Under the pieces are notes generated by a model. That model saw nothing but the letters and a program-made list of their open reading frames with translations. It was not told the DNA's origin and did no database searches. Of a stretch of 64,000 bases of DNA, positions 8,801 to 23,500 are shown one piece after another. Where the stretch lies: positions 186,001 through 250,000 of the forward strand of contig OZ176054.1 of the NCBI GenBank assembly GCA_964247055.1. The letters run 5' to 3'. Position 1 is the first letter of the stretch. Each line of letters begins with the position of its first letter. The position numbers were made by a program, and so were the translations under genes. The stretch is from Paragordius varius (Eukaryota > Animalia > Nematomorpha).

Positions 8801-11800
8801 GTGATGTCACTATAATTTTTTTTGGGTAGCCCAATGGTAGTTCCATCATCACCCCAAATATTTTCGAGATCGGAGTATAAATGTAATTTTTTTAAATTTT
8901 TTAAATATTTAAAAAATTTATTTTATACGATTTTAAAAATAAAAATGGCTACCTAAAATCCAAATTTGATCGGGTGATGTCGCCATAATTTTTTTTGCGT
9001 AGCCCTATGGTAGTTTCATCATTACCCCAAATATTTTGGGGATCGGACTATAAATGTAATTTTTATGAATTTTTTAAATATTTAAAAAATTAATTTTATA
9101 CGATTTTAAAAATAAAAATGGCTACCTAAAATCCAAATTTGATCAGGTGATGTCACCATAATTTTTTTTGTGTAGCCCTATGGTAGTTCCATCATCACCC
9201 CAAATATTTTCGAGATCGGAGTATAAATGTAATTTTTATGAATTTTTTAAATATTTAAAAAATTTATTTTATACGATTTTAAAAATAAAAATGGCTACCT
9301 AAAATCCAAATTTGATCAGGTGATGTCGCCATAATTTTTTTTGGGTAGCCCTATAGTAGTTCCATTATCACCCCAAATATTTTCGAGATCGGAGTATAAA
9401 TGTAATTTTTATGAATTTTTTGAATATTTAAAAAATTTATTTTATACGATTTTAAAAATAAAAATGGCTACCTAAAATCCAAATTTGATCAGGTGATGTC
9501 ACCATAATTTCTTTTGGGTAGCCCTATGGTAGTTCCATCATCACCCCAAATATTGTCGAGATCGGACTATAAATGTAATTTTTATGAATTTTTTAAATAT
9601 TTAAAAAATTAATTTTATACGATTTTAAAAATAAAAATGGCTACCTAAAATCCAAATTTGATCAGGTGATGTCACCATAATTTTTTTTGTGTAGCCCTAT
9701 GGTAGTTCCATCATCACCCCAAATATTTTCGAGATCGGAGTATAAATGTAATTTTTATGAATTTTTTAAATATTTAAAAAATTTATTTTATACGATTTTA
9801 AAAATAAAAATGGCTACCTAAAATCCAAATTTGATCAGGTGATGTCACTATAATTTTTTTTGGGTAGCCCAATGGTAGTTCCATCATCACCCCAAATATT
9901 TTCGAGATCGGAGTATAAATGTAATTTTTTTAAATTTTTTAAATATTTAAAAAATTTATTTTATACGATTTTAAAAATAAAAATGGCTACCTAAAATCCA
10001 AATTTGATCGGGTGATGTCGCCATAATTTTTTTTGCGTAGCCCTATGGTAGTTTCATCATTACCCCAAATATTTTGGGGATCGGACTATAAATGTAATTT
10101 TTATGAATTTTTTAAATATTTAAAAAATTAATTTTATACGATTTTAAAAATAAAAATGGCTACCTAAAATCCAAATTTGATCAGGTGATGTCACCATAAT
10201 TTTTTTTGTGTAGCCCTATGGTAGTTCCATCATCACCCCAAATATTTTCGAGATCGGAGTATAAATGTAATTTTTATGAATTTTTTAAATATTTAAAAAA
10301 TTTATTTTATACGATTTTAAAAATAAAAATGGCTACCTAAAATCCAAATTTGATCAGGTGATGTCGCCATAATTTTTTTTGGGTAGCCCTATAGTAGTTC
10401 CATTATCACCCCAAATATTTTCGAGATCGGAGTATAAATGTAATTTTTATGAATTTTTTGAATATTTAAAAAATTTATTTTATACGATTTTAAAAATAAA
10501 AATGGCTACCTAAAATCCAAATTTGATCAGGTGATGTCACCATAATTTCTTTTGGGTAGCCCTATGGTAGTTCCATCATCACCCCAAATATTGTCGAGAT
10601 CGGAGTATTGATGTAATTTTTTTGAATTTTTTAAATATTTAAAAAATTTATTTTATACGATTTTAAAAATAAAAATGGCTACCTAAAATCCAAATTTGAT
10701 CAGGTGATGTCGCCATAATTTTTTTTGGGTAGCCCTATAGTAGTTCCATCATCACCCCAAATATTTTCGAGATCGGAGTATAAATGTAATTTTTATGAAT
10801 TTTTTAAATATTTAAAAAATTTATTTTATACGATTTTAAAAATAAAAATGGCTACCTAAAATCCAAATTTGATCAGGTGATGACGCCATAATTTTTTTTG
10901 GGTAACCCTATAGTAGTTCCATCATCACGCCAAATATTTTCGAGATCGGAGTACAAATGTAATTTTTATGAATTTTTTAAATATTTAAAAAATTTATTTT
11001 ATACGATTTTAAAAATAAAAATGGCTACCTAAAATCCAAATTTGATCAGGTGATGTCACCATAATTTTTTTTGGGTAGCCCTATGGTAGTTCCATCATCA
11101 CCCCAAATATTTTCGAGATCGGAGTATAAATGTAATTTTTATGAATTTTTTAAATATTTAAAAAATTTATTTTATACGATTTTAAAAATAAAAATGGCTA
11201 CCTAAAATCCAATTTTGATCAGGTGACACCATAATTTTTTTTGGGTAGCCCTATGGTAGTTCCATCATCACCCCAAATATTTTCGAGATCGGAGTATAAA
11301 TGTAATTTTTATGAATTTTTTAAATATTTAAAAAATTTATTTTATACGATTTTAAAAATAAAAATGGCTACCTAAAATCCAAATTTGATCAGGTGATGTC
11401 ACTATAATTTTTTTTGGGTAGCCCAATGGTAGTTCCATCATCACCCCAAATATTTTCGAGATCGGAGTATAAATGTAATTTTTTTAAATTTTTTAAATAT
11501 TTAAAAAATTTATTTTATACGATTTTAAAAATAAAAATGGCTACCTAAAATCCAAATTTGATCGGGTGATGTCGCCATAATTTTTTTTGCGTAGCCCTAT
11601 GGTAGTTTCATCATTACCCCAAATATTTTGGGGATCGGACTATAAATGTAATTTTTATGAATTTTTTAAATATTTAAAAAATTAATTTTATACGATTTTA
11701 AAAATAAAAATGGCTACCTAAAATCCAAATTTGATCAGGTGATGTCACCATATTTTTTTTTGGGTAGCCCTATGGTAGTTCCATCATCACCCCAAATATT

Positions 11801-14330
11801 GTCGAGATCGGAGTATAAATGTAATTTTTTTGAATTTTTTAAATATTTAAAAAATTTATTTTATACGATTTTAAAAATAAAAATGGCTACCTAAAATCCA
11901 AATTTGATCAGGTGATGTCGCCATAATTTTTTTTGGGTAGCCCTATAGTAGTTCCATCATCACCCCAAATATTTTCGAGATCGGAGTATAAATGTAATTT
12001 TTATGAATTTTTTAAATATTTAAAAAATTTATTTTATACGATTTTAAAAATAAAAATGGCTACCTAAAATCCAAATTTGATCAGGTGATGACGCCATAAT
12101 TTTTTTTGGGTAGCCCTATGGTAGTTCCATCACCCCAAATATTTTCGAGATCGGAGTATAAATGTAATATGTAATTTTTATGAATTTTTTAAATATTTAA
12201 AAAATTTATTTTATACGATTTTAAAAATAAAAATGGCTACCTAAAATCCAAATTTGATCAGGTGATGTCACCATAATTTTTTTTGTGTAGCCCTATGGTA
12301 GTTCCATCATCACCCCAAATATTTTCGAGATCGGAGTATAAATGTAATTTTTATGAATTTTTTAAATATTTAAAAAATTTATTTTATACGATTTTAAAAA
12401 TAAAAATGGCTACCTAAAATCCAAATTTGATCAGGTGATGTCACTATAATTTTTTTTGGGTAGCCCTATAGTAGTTCCATCATCACCCCAAATATTTTCG
12501 AGATCGGAGTATAAATGTAATTTTTTTAAATTTTTTAAATATTTAAAAAATTTATTTTATACGATTTTAAAAATAAAAATGGCTACCTAAAATCCAAATT
12601 TGATCAGGTGATGTCACCATAATTTCTTTTGGGTAGCCCTATGGTAGTTCCATCATCACCCCAAATATTGTCGAGATCGGAGTATTGATGTAATTTTTTT
12701 GAATTTTTTAAATATTTAAAAAATTTATTTTATACGATTTTAAAAATAAAAATGGCTACCTAAAATCCAAATTTGATCAGGTGATGTCACCATAATTTTT
12801 TTTGGGTAGCCCTATGGTAGTTCCATCATCACCCCAAATATTGTCGAGATCGGAGTATAAATGTAATTTTTTTGAATTTTTTAAATATTTAAAAAATTTA
12901 TTTTATACGATTTTTAAAATAAAAATGGCTACCTAAAATCCAAATTTGATCAGGTGATGTCGCCATAATTTTTTTTGGGTAGCCCTATAGTAGTTCCATC
13001 ATCACCCCAAATATTTTCGAGATCGGAGTATAAATGTAATTTTTATGAATTTTTTAAATATTTAAAAAATTTATTTTATACGATTTTAAAAATAAAAATG
13101 GCTACCTAAAATCCAAATTTTCTCAGGTGATGTTACCATATTTTTTTTTGGGTAGCCCTATGGTAGTTCCATCATCACCTCAAATATTTTGGGGATCGGA
13201 CTATAAATGTAATTTTTATGAATTTTTTAAATATTTAAAAAATTTATTTTATACGATTTTAAAAATAAAAATGGCTACCTAAAATCCAAATTTGATCAGG
13301 TGATGACGCCATAATTTTTTTGGGTAGCCCTATGGTAGTTCCATCATCACCCCAAATATTTTCGAGATCGGAGTATAAATGTAATTTTTATGAATTTTTT
13401 AAATATTTAAAAAATTTATTTTATACGATTTTAAAAATAAAAATGGCTACCTACAAATTTGATCAGGTGATGTCGCCATAATTTTTTTGGTAGCCCTATA
13501 GTAGTTCCATCATCACCCCAAATATTTTCGAGATGGGAGTATAAATGTAATTTTTATGAATTTTTTAAATATTTAAAAAATTTATTTTATACGATTTTAA
13601 AAATAAAAATGGCTACCTAAAATCCAAATTTGATCAGGTGATGACGCCATAATTTTTTTTGGGTAGCCCTATGGTAGTTCCATCACCCCAAATATTTTCG
13701 AGATCGGAGTATAAATGTAATTTTTATGAATTTTTTAAATATTTAAAAAATTTATTTTATACGATTTTAAAAATAAAAATGGCTACCTAAAATCCAAATT
13801 TGATCAGGTGATGTCACCATAATTTTTTTTGTGTAGCCCTATGGTAGTTCCATCATCACCCCAAATATTTTCGAGATCGGAGTATAAATGTAATTTTTAT
13901 GAATTTTTTAAATATTTAAAAAATTTATTTTATACGATTTTAAAAATAAAAATGGCTACCTAAAATCCAAATTTGATCAGGTGATGTCGCCATAATTTTT
14001 TTTGGGTAGCCCTATAGTAGTTCCATTATCACCCCAAATATTTTCGAGATCGGAGTATAAATGTAATTTTTATGAATTTTTTGAATATTTAAAAAATTTA
14101 TTTTATACGATTTTAAAAATAAAAATGGCTACCTAAAATCCAAATTTGATCAGGTGATGTCACCATAATTTCTTTTGGGTAGCCCTATGGTAGTTCCATC
14201 ATCACCCCAAATATTGTCGAGATCGGAGTATTGATGTAATTTTTTTGAATTTTTTAAATATTTAAAAAATTTATTTTATACGATTTTAAAAATAAAAATG
14301 GCTACCTAAAATCCAAATTTGATCAGGTGA
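5877..14330. repeat. Block of ~13 monomers (~5877-8120) repeated ~6217 bp downstream (~12093-14330), moderately diverged
   Basis: 7-bp ATGTAAT insertion at 5941/12158; CCAAATTTTCTCAGG 6896/13113; CCTACAAATTTG (5-bp deletion) 7233/13450. Confidence 0.85.
7602..11745. repeat. Duplication with period 2592 bp (15 monomers; ~7602-9150 vs ~10194-11745) with a nested 1038-bp 6-mer duplication
   Basis: TAACC 8311/10903; GTGACACC 8631/11223; CCAATGG 8831/9869/11423; ATTACCCC 9021/10059/11613. Confidence 0.88.
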
Positions 14331-17300
14331 TGATTTTGGGTAGCCCTATGGTAGTTCCATCATCACCCCAAATATTTTCGAGATCGGAGTATAAATGTAA
14401 TTTTTATGAATTTTTTAAATATTTAAAAAATTTATTTTATACGATTTTAAAAATAAAAATGGCTACCTAAAATCCAAATTTGATCAGGTGATGTCACCAT
14501 AATTTTTTTTGGGTAGCCCTATGGTAGTTCCATCATCACCCCAAATATTTTCGAGATCGGAGTATAAATGTAATTTTTATGAATTTTTTAAATATTTAAA
14601 AAATTTATTTTATACGATTTTAAAAATAAAAATGGCTACCTAAAATCCAAATTTGATCAGGTGATGTCACCATATTTTTTTTTGGGTAGCCCTATGGTAG
14701 TTCCATCATCACCTCAAATATTTTGGGGATCGGACTATAAATGTAATTTTTATGAATTTTTTAAATATTTAAAAAATTTATTTTATACGATTTTAAAAAT
14801 AAAAATGGCTACCTAAAATCCAAATTTGATCAGGTGATGACGCCATAATTTTTTTGGGTAGCCCTATGGTAGTTCCATCATCACCCCAAATATTTTCGAG
14901 ATCGGAGTATAAATGTAATTTTTATGAATTTTTTAAATATTTAAAAAATTTATTTTATACGATTTTAAAAATAAAAATGGCTACCTACAAATTTGATCAG
15001 GTGATGTCACCATAATTTTTTTTGGGTAGCCCTATGGTAGTTCCATCATCACCCCAAATATTTTCGAGATCGGAGTATAAATGTAATTTTTATGAATTTT
15101 TTAAATATTTAAAAAATTTATTTTATACGATTTTAAAAATAAAAATGGCTACCTAAAATCCAAATTTGATCAGGTGATGTCGCCATAATTTTTTTTGGGT
15201 AGCCCTATAGTAGTTCCATCATCACCCCAAATATTGTGAGATCGGAGTATAAATGTAATTTTTATGAATTTTTTAAATATTTAAAAAATTTATTTTATAC
15301 GATCTTAAAAATATAAATGGCTACCTAAAATCCAAATTTGATCAGGTGATGACGCCATAATTTTTTTTGGGTAGCCCTATGGTAGTTCCATCACCCCAAA
15401 TATTTTCGAGATCGGAGTATAAATGTAATTTTTATGAATTTTTTAAATATTTAAAAAATTTATTTTATACGATTTTAAAAATAAAAATGGCTACCTAAAA
15501 TCCAAATTTGATCAGGTGATGTCACCATAATTTTTTTTGGGTAGCCCTATGGTAGTTCCATCATCACACCAAATATTTTCGAGATCGGAGTATAAATGTA
15601 ATTTTTATGAATTTTTTAAATATTTAAAAAATTTATTTTATACGATTTCAAAAATAAAAATGGCTACCTAAAATCCAAATTTGATCAGATGATGTCGCCA
15701 TAATTTTGTTTGGGTAGCCCTATAGTAGTTCCATCATCACCCCAAATATTTTCGAGATCGGAGTATAAATGTAATTTTTATGAATTTTTTAAATATTTAA
15801 AAAATTTATTTTATACGATTTTAAAAATAAAAATGGCTACCTAAAATCCAAATTTGATCAGGTGATGTCGCCATAATTTTTTTTGCGTAGCCCTATGGTA
15901 GTTTCATCATCACCCCAAATATTTTGGGGATCGGACTTAAATGTAATTTTTATGAATTTTTTGAATATTTAAAAAATTTATTTTATACGATTTTGAAAAT
16001 AAAAATGGCTACCTAAAATCCAAATTTGATCAGGTGATGTCACCATAATTTCTTTTGGGTAGCCCAATGGTAGTTCCATCATCACCCCAAATATTGTCGA
16101 GATCGGAGTATTGATGTAATTTTTTTGAATTTTTTAAATATTTAAAAAATTTATTTTATACGATTTTAAAAATAAAAATGGCTACCTAAAATCCAAATTT
16201 GATCAGGTGATGATTTTGGGTAGCCCTATGGTAGTTCCATCATCACCCCAAATATTTTCGAGATCGGAGTATAAATGTAATTTTTATGAATTTTTTAAAT
16301 ATTTAAAAAATTTATTTTATACGATTTTAAAAATAAAAATGGCTACCTAAAATCCAAATTTGATCAGGTGATGTCACCATAATTTTTTTTGGGTAGCCCT
16401 ATGGTAGTTCCATCATCACCCCAAATATTTTCGAGATCGGAGTATAAATGTAATTTTTATGAATTTTTTAAATATTTAAAAAATTTATTTTATACGATTT
16501 TAAAAATAAAAATGGCTACCTAAAATCCAAATTTGATCAGGTGATGTCACCATATTTTTTTTTGGGTAGCCCTATGGTAGTTCCATCATCACCTCAAATA
16601 TTTTCGGGATCGGACTATAAATGTAATTTTTATGAATTTTTTAAATATTTAAAAAATTTATTTTATACGATTTTAAAAATAAAAATGGCTACCTAAAATC
16701 CAAATTTGATCAGGTGATGACGCCATAATTTTTTTGGGTAGCCCTATGGTAGTTCCATCATCACCCCAAATATTTTCGAGATCGGAGTATAAATGTAATT
16801 TTTATGAATTTTTTAAATATTTAAAAAATTTATTTTATACGATTTTAAAAATAAAAATGGCTACCTACAAATTTGATCAGGTGATGTCACCATAATTTTT
16901 TTTGGGTAGCCCTATGGTAGTTCCATCATCACCCCAAATATTTTCGAGATCGGAGTATAAATGTAATTTTTATGAATTTTTTAAATATTTAAAAAATTTA
17001 TTTTATACGATTTTAAAAATAAAAATGGCTACCTAAAATCCAAATTTGATCAGGTGATGTCGCCATAATTTTTTTTGGGTAGCCCTATAGTAGTTCCATC
17101 ATCACCCCAAATATTGTCGAGATCGGAGTATAAATGTAATTTTTATGAATTTTTTAAATATTTAAAAAATTTATTTTATACGATCTTAAAAATATAAATG
17201 GCTACCTAAAATCCAAATTTGATCAGGTGATGTCACTATAATTTTTTTTGGGTAGCCCTATGGTAGTTCCATCATCACCCCAAATATTTTCGAGATCGGA

Positions 17301-20100
17301 GTATAAATGTAATTTTTATGAATTTTTTAAATATTTAAAAAATTTATTTTATACGATCTTAAAAATATAAATGGCTACCTAAAATCCAAATTTGATCAGG
17401 TGATGACGCCATAATTTTTTTTGGGTAGCCCTATGGTAGTTCCATCACCCCAAATATTTTCGAGATCGGAGTATAAATGTAATTTTTATGAATTTTTTAA
17501 ATATTTAAAAAATTTATTTTATACGATTTTAAAAATAAAAATGGCTACCTAAAATCCAAATTTGATCAGGTGATGTCACCATAATTTTTTTTGGGTAGCC
17601 CTATGGTAGTTCCATCATCACACCAAATATTTTCGAGATCGGAGTATAAATGTAATTTTTATGAATTTTTTAAATATTTAAAAAATTTATTTTATACGAT
17701 TTCAAAAATAAAAATGGCTACCTAAAATCCAAATTTGATCAGATGATGTCGCCATAATTTTGTTTGGGTAGCCCTATAGTAGTTCCATCATCACCCCAAA
17801 TATTTTCGAGATCGGAGTATAAATGTAATTTTTATGAATTTTTTAAATATTTAAAAAATTTATTTTATACGATTTTAAAAATAAAAATGGCTACCTAAAA
17901 TCCAAATTTGATCAGGTGATGTCGCCATAATTTTTTTTGCGTAGCCCTATGGTAGTTTCATCATCACCCCAAATATTTTGGGGATCGGACTTAAATGTAA
18001 TTTTTATGAATTTTTTGAATATTTAAAAAATTTATTTTATACGATTTTAAAAATAAAAATGGCTACCTAAAATCCAAATTTGATCAGGTGATGTCACCAT
18101 AATTTCTTTTGGGTAGCCCAATGGTAGTTCCATCATCACCCCAAATATTGTCGAGATCGGAGTATTGATGTAATTTTTTTGAATTTTTTAAATATTTAAA
18201 AAATTTATTTTATACGATTTTAAAAATAAAAATGGCTACCTAAAATCCAAATTTGATCAGGTGATGATTTTGGGTAGCCCTATGGTAGTTCCATCATCAC
18301 CCCAAATATTTTCGAGATCGGAGTATAAATGTAATTTTTATGAATTTTTTAAATATTTAAAAAATTTATTTTATACGATTTTAAAAATAAAAATGGCTAC
18401 CTAAAATCCAAATTTGATCAGGTGATGTCACCATAATTTTTTTTGGGTAGCCCTATGGTAGTTCCATCATCACCCCAAATATTTTCGAGATCGGAGTATA
18501 AATGTAATTTTTATGAATTTTTTAAATATTTAAAAAATTTATTTTATACGATTTTAAAAATAAAAATGGCTACCTAAAATCCAAATTTGATCAGGTGATG
18601 TCACCATATTTTTTTTTGGGTAGCCCTATGGTAGTTTCATCATCACCCCAAATATTTTGGGGATCGGACTTAAATGTAATTTTTATGAATTTTTTGAATA
18701 TTTAAAAAATTTATTTTATACGATTTTAAAAATAAAAATGGCTACCTAAAATCCAAATTTGATCAGGTGATGTCACCATAATTTCTTTTGGGTAGCCCAA
18801 TGGTAGTTCCATCATCACCCCAAATATTGTCGAGATCGGAGTATTGATGTAATTTTTTTGAATTTTTTAAATATTTAAAAAATTTATTTTATACGATTTT
18901 AAAAATAAAAATGGCTACCTAAAATCCAAATTTGATCAGGTGATGATTTTGGGTAGCCCTATGGTAGTTCCATCATCACCCCAAATATTTTCGAGATCGG
19001 AGTATAAATGTAATTTTTATGAATTTTTTAAATATTTAAAAAATTTATTTTATACGATTTTAAAAATAAAAATGGCTACCTAAAATCCAAATTTGATCAG
19101 GTGATGTCACCATAATTTTTTTTGGGTAGCCCTATGGTAGTTCCATCATCACCCCAAATATTTTCGAGATCGGAGTATAAATGTAATTTTTATGAATTTT
19201 TTAAATATTTAAAAAATTTATTTTATACGATTTTAAAAATAAAAATGGCTACCTAAAATCCAAATTTGATCAGGTGATGTCACCATATTTTTTTTTGGGT
19301 AGCCCTATGGTAGTTCCATCATCACCTCAAATATTTTGGGGATCGGACTATAAATGTAATTTTTATGAATTTTTTAAATATTTAAAAAATTTATTTTATA
19401 CGATTTTAAAAATAAAAATGGCTACCTAAAATCCAAATTTGATCAGGTGATGACGCCATAATTTTTTTGGGTAGCCCTATGGTAGTTCCATCATCACCCC
19501 AAATATTTTCGAGATCGGAGTATAAATGTAATTTTTATGAATTTTTTAAATATTTAAAAAATTTATTTTATACGATTTTAAAAATAAAAATGGCTACCTA
19601 CAAATTTGATCAGGTGATGTCACCATAATTTTTTTTGGGTAGCCCTATGGTAGTTCCATCATCACTACAAATATTTTCGAGATCGGAGTATAAATGTAAT
19701 TTTTATGAATTTTTTAAATATTTAAAAAATTTATTTTATACGATTTTAAAAATAAAAATGGCTACCTAAAATCCAAATTTGATCAGGTGATGTCGCCATA
19801 ATTTTTTTTGGGTAGCCCTATAGTAGTTCCATCATCACCCCAAATATTGTCGAGATCGGAGTATAAATGTAATTTTTATGAATTTTTTAAATATTTAAAA
19901 AATTTATTTTATACGATCTTAAAAATATAAATGGCTACCTAAAATCCAAATTTGATCAGGTGATGTCACTATAATTTTTTTTGGGTAGCCCTATGGTAGT
20001 TCCATCATCACCCCAAATATTTTCGAGATCGGAGTATAAATGTAATTTTTATGAATTTTTTAAATATTTAAAAAATTTATTTTATACGATTTTAAAAATA
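14331..20100. repeat. Tandem HOR series delimited by a 12-bp-deleted monomer: 11-mer (1880 bp), 12-mer (2054 bp), 4-mer (679 bp), then a partial copy
   Basis: GGTGATGATTTTGGG junction at 14331, 16211, 18265, 18944; TTGATCAGATGATG 15681/17735; TCGGACTTAAA 15931/17985/18664. Confidence 0.9.
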
Positions 20101-20519
20101 AAAATGGCTACCTAAAATCCAAATTTGATCAGGTGATGTCACCATATTTTTTTTTGGGTAGCCCTATGGTAATTCCATCATCACCCCAAATATTGTCGAG
20201 ATCGGAGTATAAATGTAATTTTTTTGAATTTTTTAAATATTTAAAAAATTTATTTTATAGGATTTTAAAAATAAAAAAGGCTACCTAAAATCCAAATTTG
20301 ATCAGGTGATGTCACCATAATTTTTTTTAAAGCCCTATAGTAGTTCCATCATCACCCCAAATATTTTCGAGATCGGAGTGTAAATGTAATTTTTATGAAT
20401 TTTTTAAATATTTAAAAAATTTATTTTATACGATTTTAAAAATAAAAATGGCTACCTAAAATCCAAATTTGATCAGGTGATGTCACTATAATTTTTTTTG
20501 GGTAGCCCTATGGTAGTTC

Positions 20520-23500
20520 CATCATCACCCCAAATATTTTCGAGATCGGAGTAAAAATGTAATTTTTATGAATTTTTTAAATATTTAAAAAATTTATTTT
20601 ATACGATTTTAAAAATAAAAATGGCTACCTAAAATCCAAATTTGATCAGGTGATGTCACCATAATTTTTTTTGGGTAGCCCTATGGTAGTTCCATCATCA
20701 CCCCAAATATTGTCGAGATCGGAGTATAAATGTAATTTTTTTGAATTTTTTCAATATTTAAAAAATTTATTTTATACGATTTTAAAAATAAAAATGGCTA
20801 TCTAAAATCCAAATTTGATCAGGTGATGTCGCCATAATTTTTTTTGCGTAGCCCTATGGTAGTTTCATCATCACCCCAAATATTTTGGGGATCGGACTAA
20901 ATATGTAATTTTCATGAATTTTTTAAATATTTAAAAAATTTATTTTATACGATTTTAAAAATAAAAATGGCTACCTAAAATCCAAATTTGATCAGGTGAT
21001 GATTTTGGGTAGCCCTATGGTAGTTCCATCATCACCCCAAATATTTTCGAGATCGGAGTATAAATGTAATTTTTATGAATTTTTTAAATATTTAAAAAAT
21101 TTATTTTATACGATTTTAAAAATAAAAATGGCTACCTAAAATCCAAATTTGATCAGGTGATGTCACCATAATTTTTTTTGGGTAGCCCTATGGTAGTTCC
21201 ATCATCACACCAAATATTTTCGAGATCGGAGTATAAATGTAATTTTTATGAATTTTTTAAATATTTAAAAAATTTATTTTATACGATTTCAAAAATAAAA
21301 ATGGCTACCTAAAATCCAAATTTGATCAGGTGATGACGCCATAATTTTTTTTGGGTAGCCCTATGGTAGTTCCATCACCCCAAATATTTTCGAGATCGGA
21401 GTATAAATGTAATTTTTATGAATTTTTTAAATATTTAAAAAATTTATTTTATACGATTTTAAAAATAAAAATGGCTACCTAAAATCCAAATTTGATCAGG
21501 TGATGTCACCATAATTTTTTTTGTGTAGTCCTATGGTAGTTCCATCATCACGCCAAATATTTTCGAGATCGGAGTATAAATGTAATTTTTATGAATTTTT
21601 TAAATATTTAAAAAATTTATTTTATACGATTTTAAAACTAAAAATGGCTACCTAAAATCCAAATTTGATCAGGTGATGTCGCCATAATTTTTTTTGGGTA
21701 GCCCTATAGTAGTTCCATCATCACCCCAAATATTTTCGAGATCGGAGTATAAATGTAATTTTTATGAATTTTTTAAATATTTAAAAAATTTATTTTATAC
21801 GATTTTAAAAATAAAAATGGCTACCTAAAATCCAAATTTGATCAGGTGATGACGCCATAATTTTTTTTGGGTAACCCTATAGTAGTTCCATCATCACGCC
21901 AAATATTTTCGAGATCGGAGTATAAATGTAATTTTTATGAATTTTTTAAATATTTAAAAAATTTATTTTATACGATTTTAAAAATAAAAATGGCTACCTA
22001 AAATCCAAATTTGATCAGGTGATGTCACCATAATTTTTTTTGGGTAGCCCTATGGTAGTTCCATCATCACCCCAAATATTTTCGAGATCGGAGTATAAAT
22101 GTAATTTTTATGAATTTTTTAAATATTTAAAAAATTTATTTTATACGATTTTAAAAATAAAAATGGCTACCTAAAATCCAAATTTGATCAGGTGACACCA
22201 TAATTTTTTTTGGGTAGCCCTATGGTAGTTCCATCATCACCCCAAATATTTTCGAGATCGGAGTATAAATGTAATTTTTATGAATTTTTTAAATATTTAA
22301 AAAATTTATTTTATACGATTTTAAAAATAAAAATGGCTACCTAAAATCCAAATTTGATCAGGTGATGTCACTATAATTTTTTTTGGGTAGCCCAATGGTA
22401 GTTCCATCATCACCCCAAATATTTTCGAGATCGGAGTATAAATGTAATTTTTTTAAATTTTTTAAATATTTAAAAAATTTATTTTATACGATTTTAAAAA
22501 TAAAAATGGCTACCTAAAATCCAAATTTGATCGGGTGATGTCGCCATAATTTTTTTTGCGTAGCCCTATGGTAGTTTCATCATTACCCCAAATATTTTGG
22601 GGATCGGACTATAAATGTAATTTTTATGAATTTTTTAAATATTTAAAAAATTAATTTTATACGATTTTAAAAATAAAAATGGCTACCTAAAATCCAAATT
22701 TGATCAGGTGATGTCACCATATTTTTTTTTGGGTAGCCCTATGGTAGTTCCATCATCACCCCAAATATTGTCGAGATCGGAGTATAAATGTAATTTTTTT
22801 GAATTTTTCAAATATTTAAAAAATTTATTTTATACGATTTTAAAAATAAAAATGGCTACCTGAAATCCAAATTTGATCAGGTGATGTCGCCATAATTTTT
22901 TTTGGGTAGCCCTATAGTAGTTCCATCATCACCCCAAATATTTTCGAGATCGGAGTATAAATGTAATTTTTATGAATTTTTTAAATATTTAAAAAATTTA
23001 TTTTATACGATTTTAAAAATAAAAATGGCTACCTAAAATCCAAATTTGATCAGGTGATGACGCCATAATTTTTTTTGGGTAGCCCTATGGTAGTTCCATC
23101 ACCCCAAATATTTTCGAGATCGGAGTATAAATGTAATTTTTATGAATTTTTTAAATATTTAAAAAATTTATTTTATACGATTTTAAAAATAAAAATGGCT
23201 ACCTAAAATCCAAATTTGATCAGGTGATGTCACCATAATTTTTTTTGTGTAGCCCTATGGTAGTTCCATCATCACCCCAAATATTGTCGAGATCGGAGTA
23301 TTGATGTAATTTTTTTGAATTTTTTAAATATTTAAAAAATTTATTTTATACGATTTTAAAAATAAAAATGGCTACCTAAAATCCAAATTTGATCAGGTGA
23401 TGTCGCCATAATTTTTTTTGGGTAGCCCTATGGTAGTTCCATCATCACCCCAAATATTTTCGAGATCGGAGTATAAATGTAATTTTTATGAATTTTTTAA

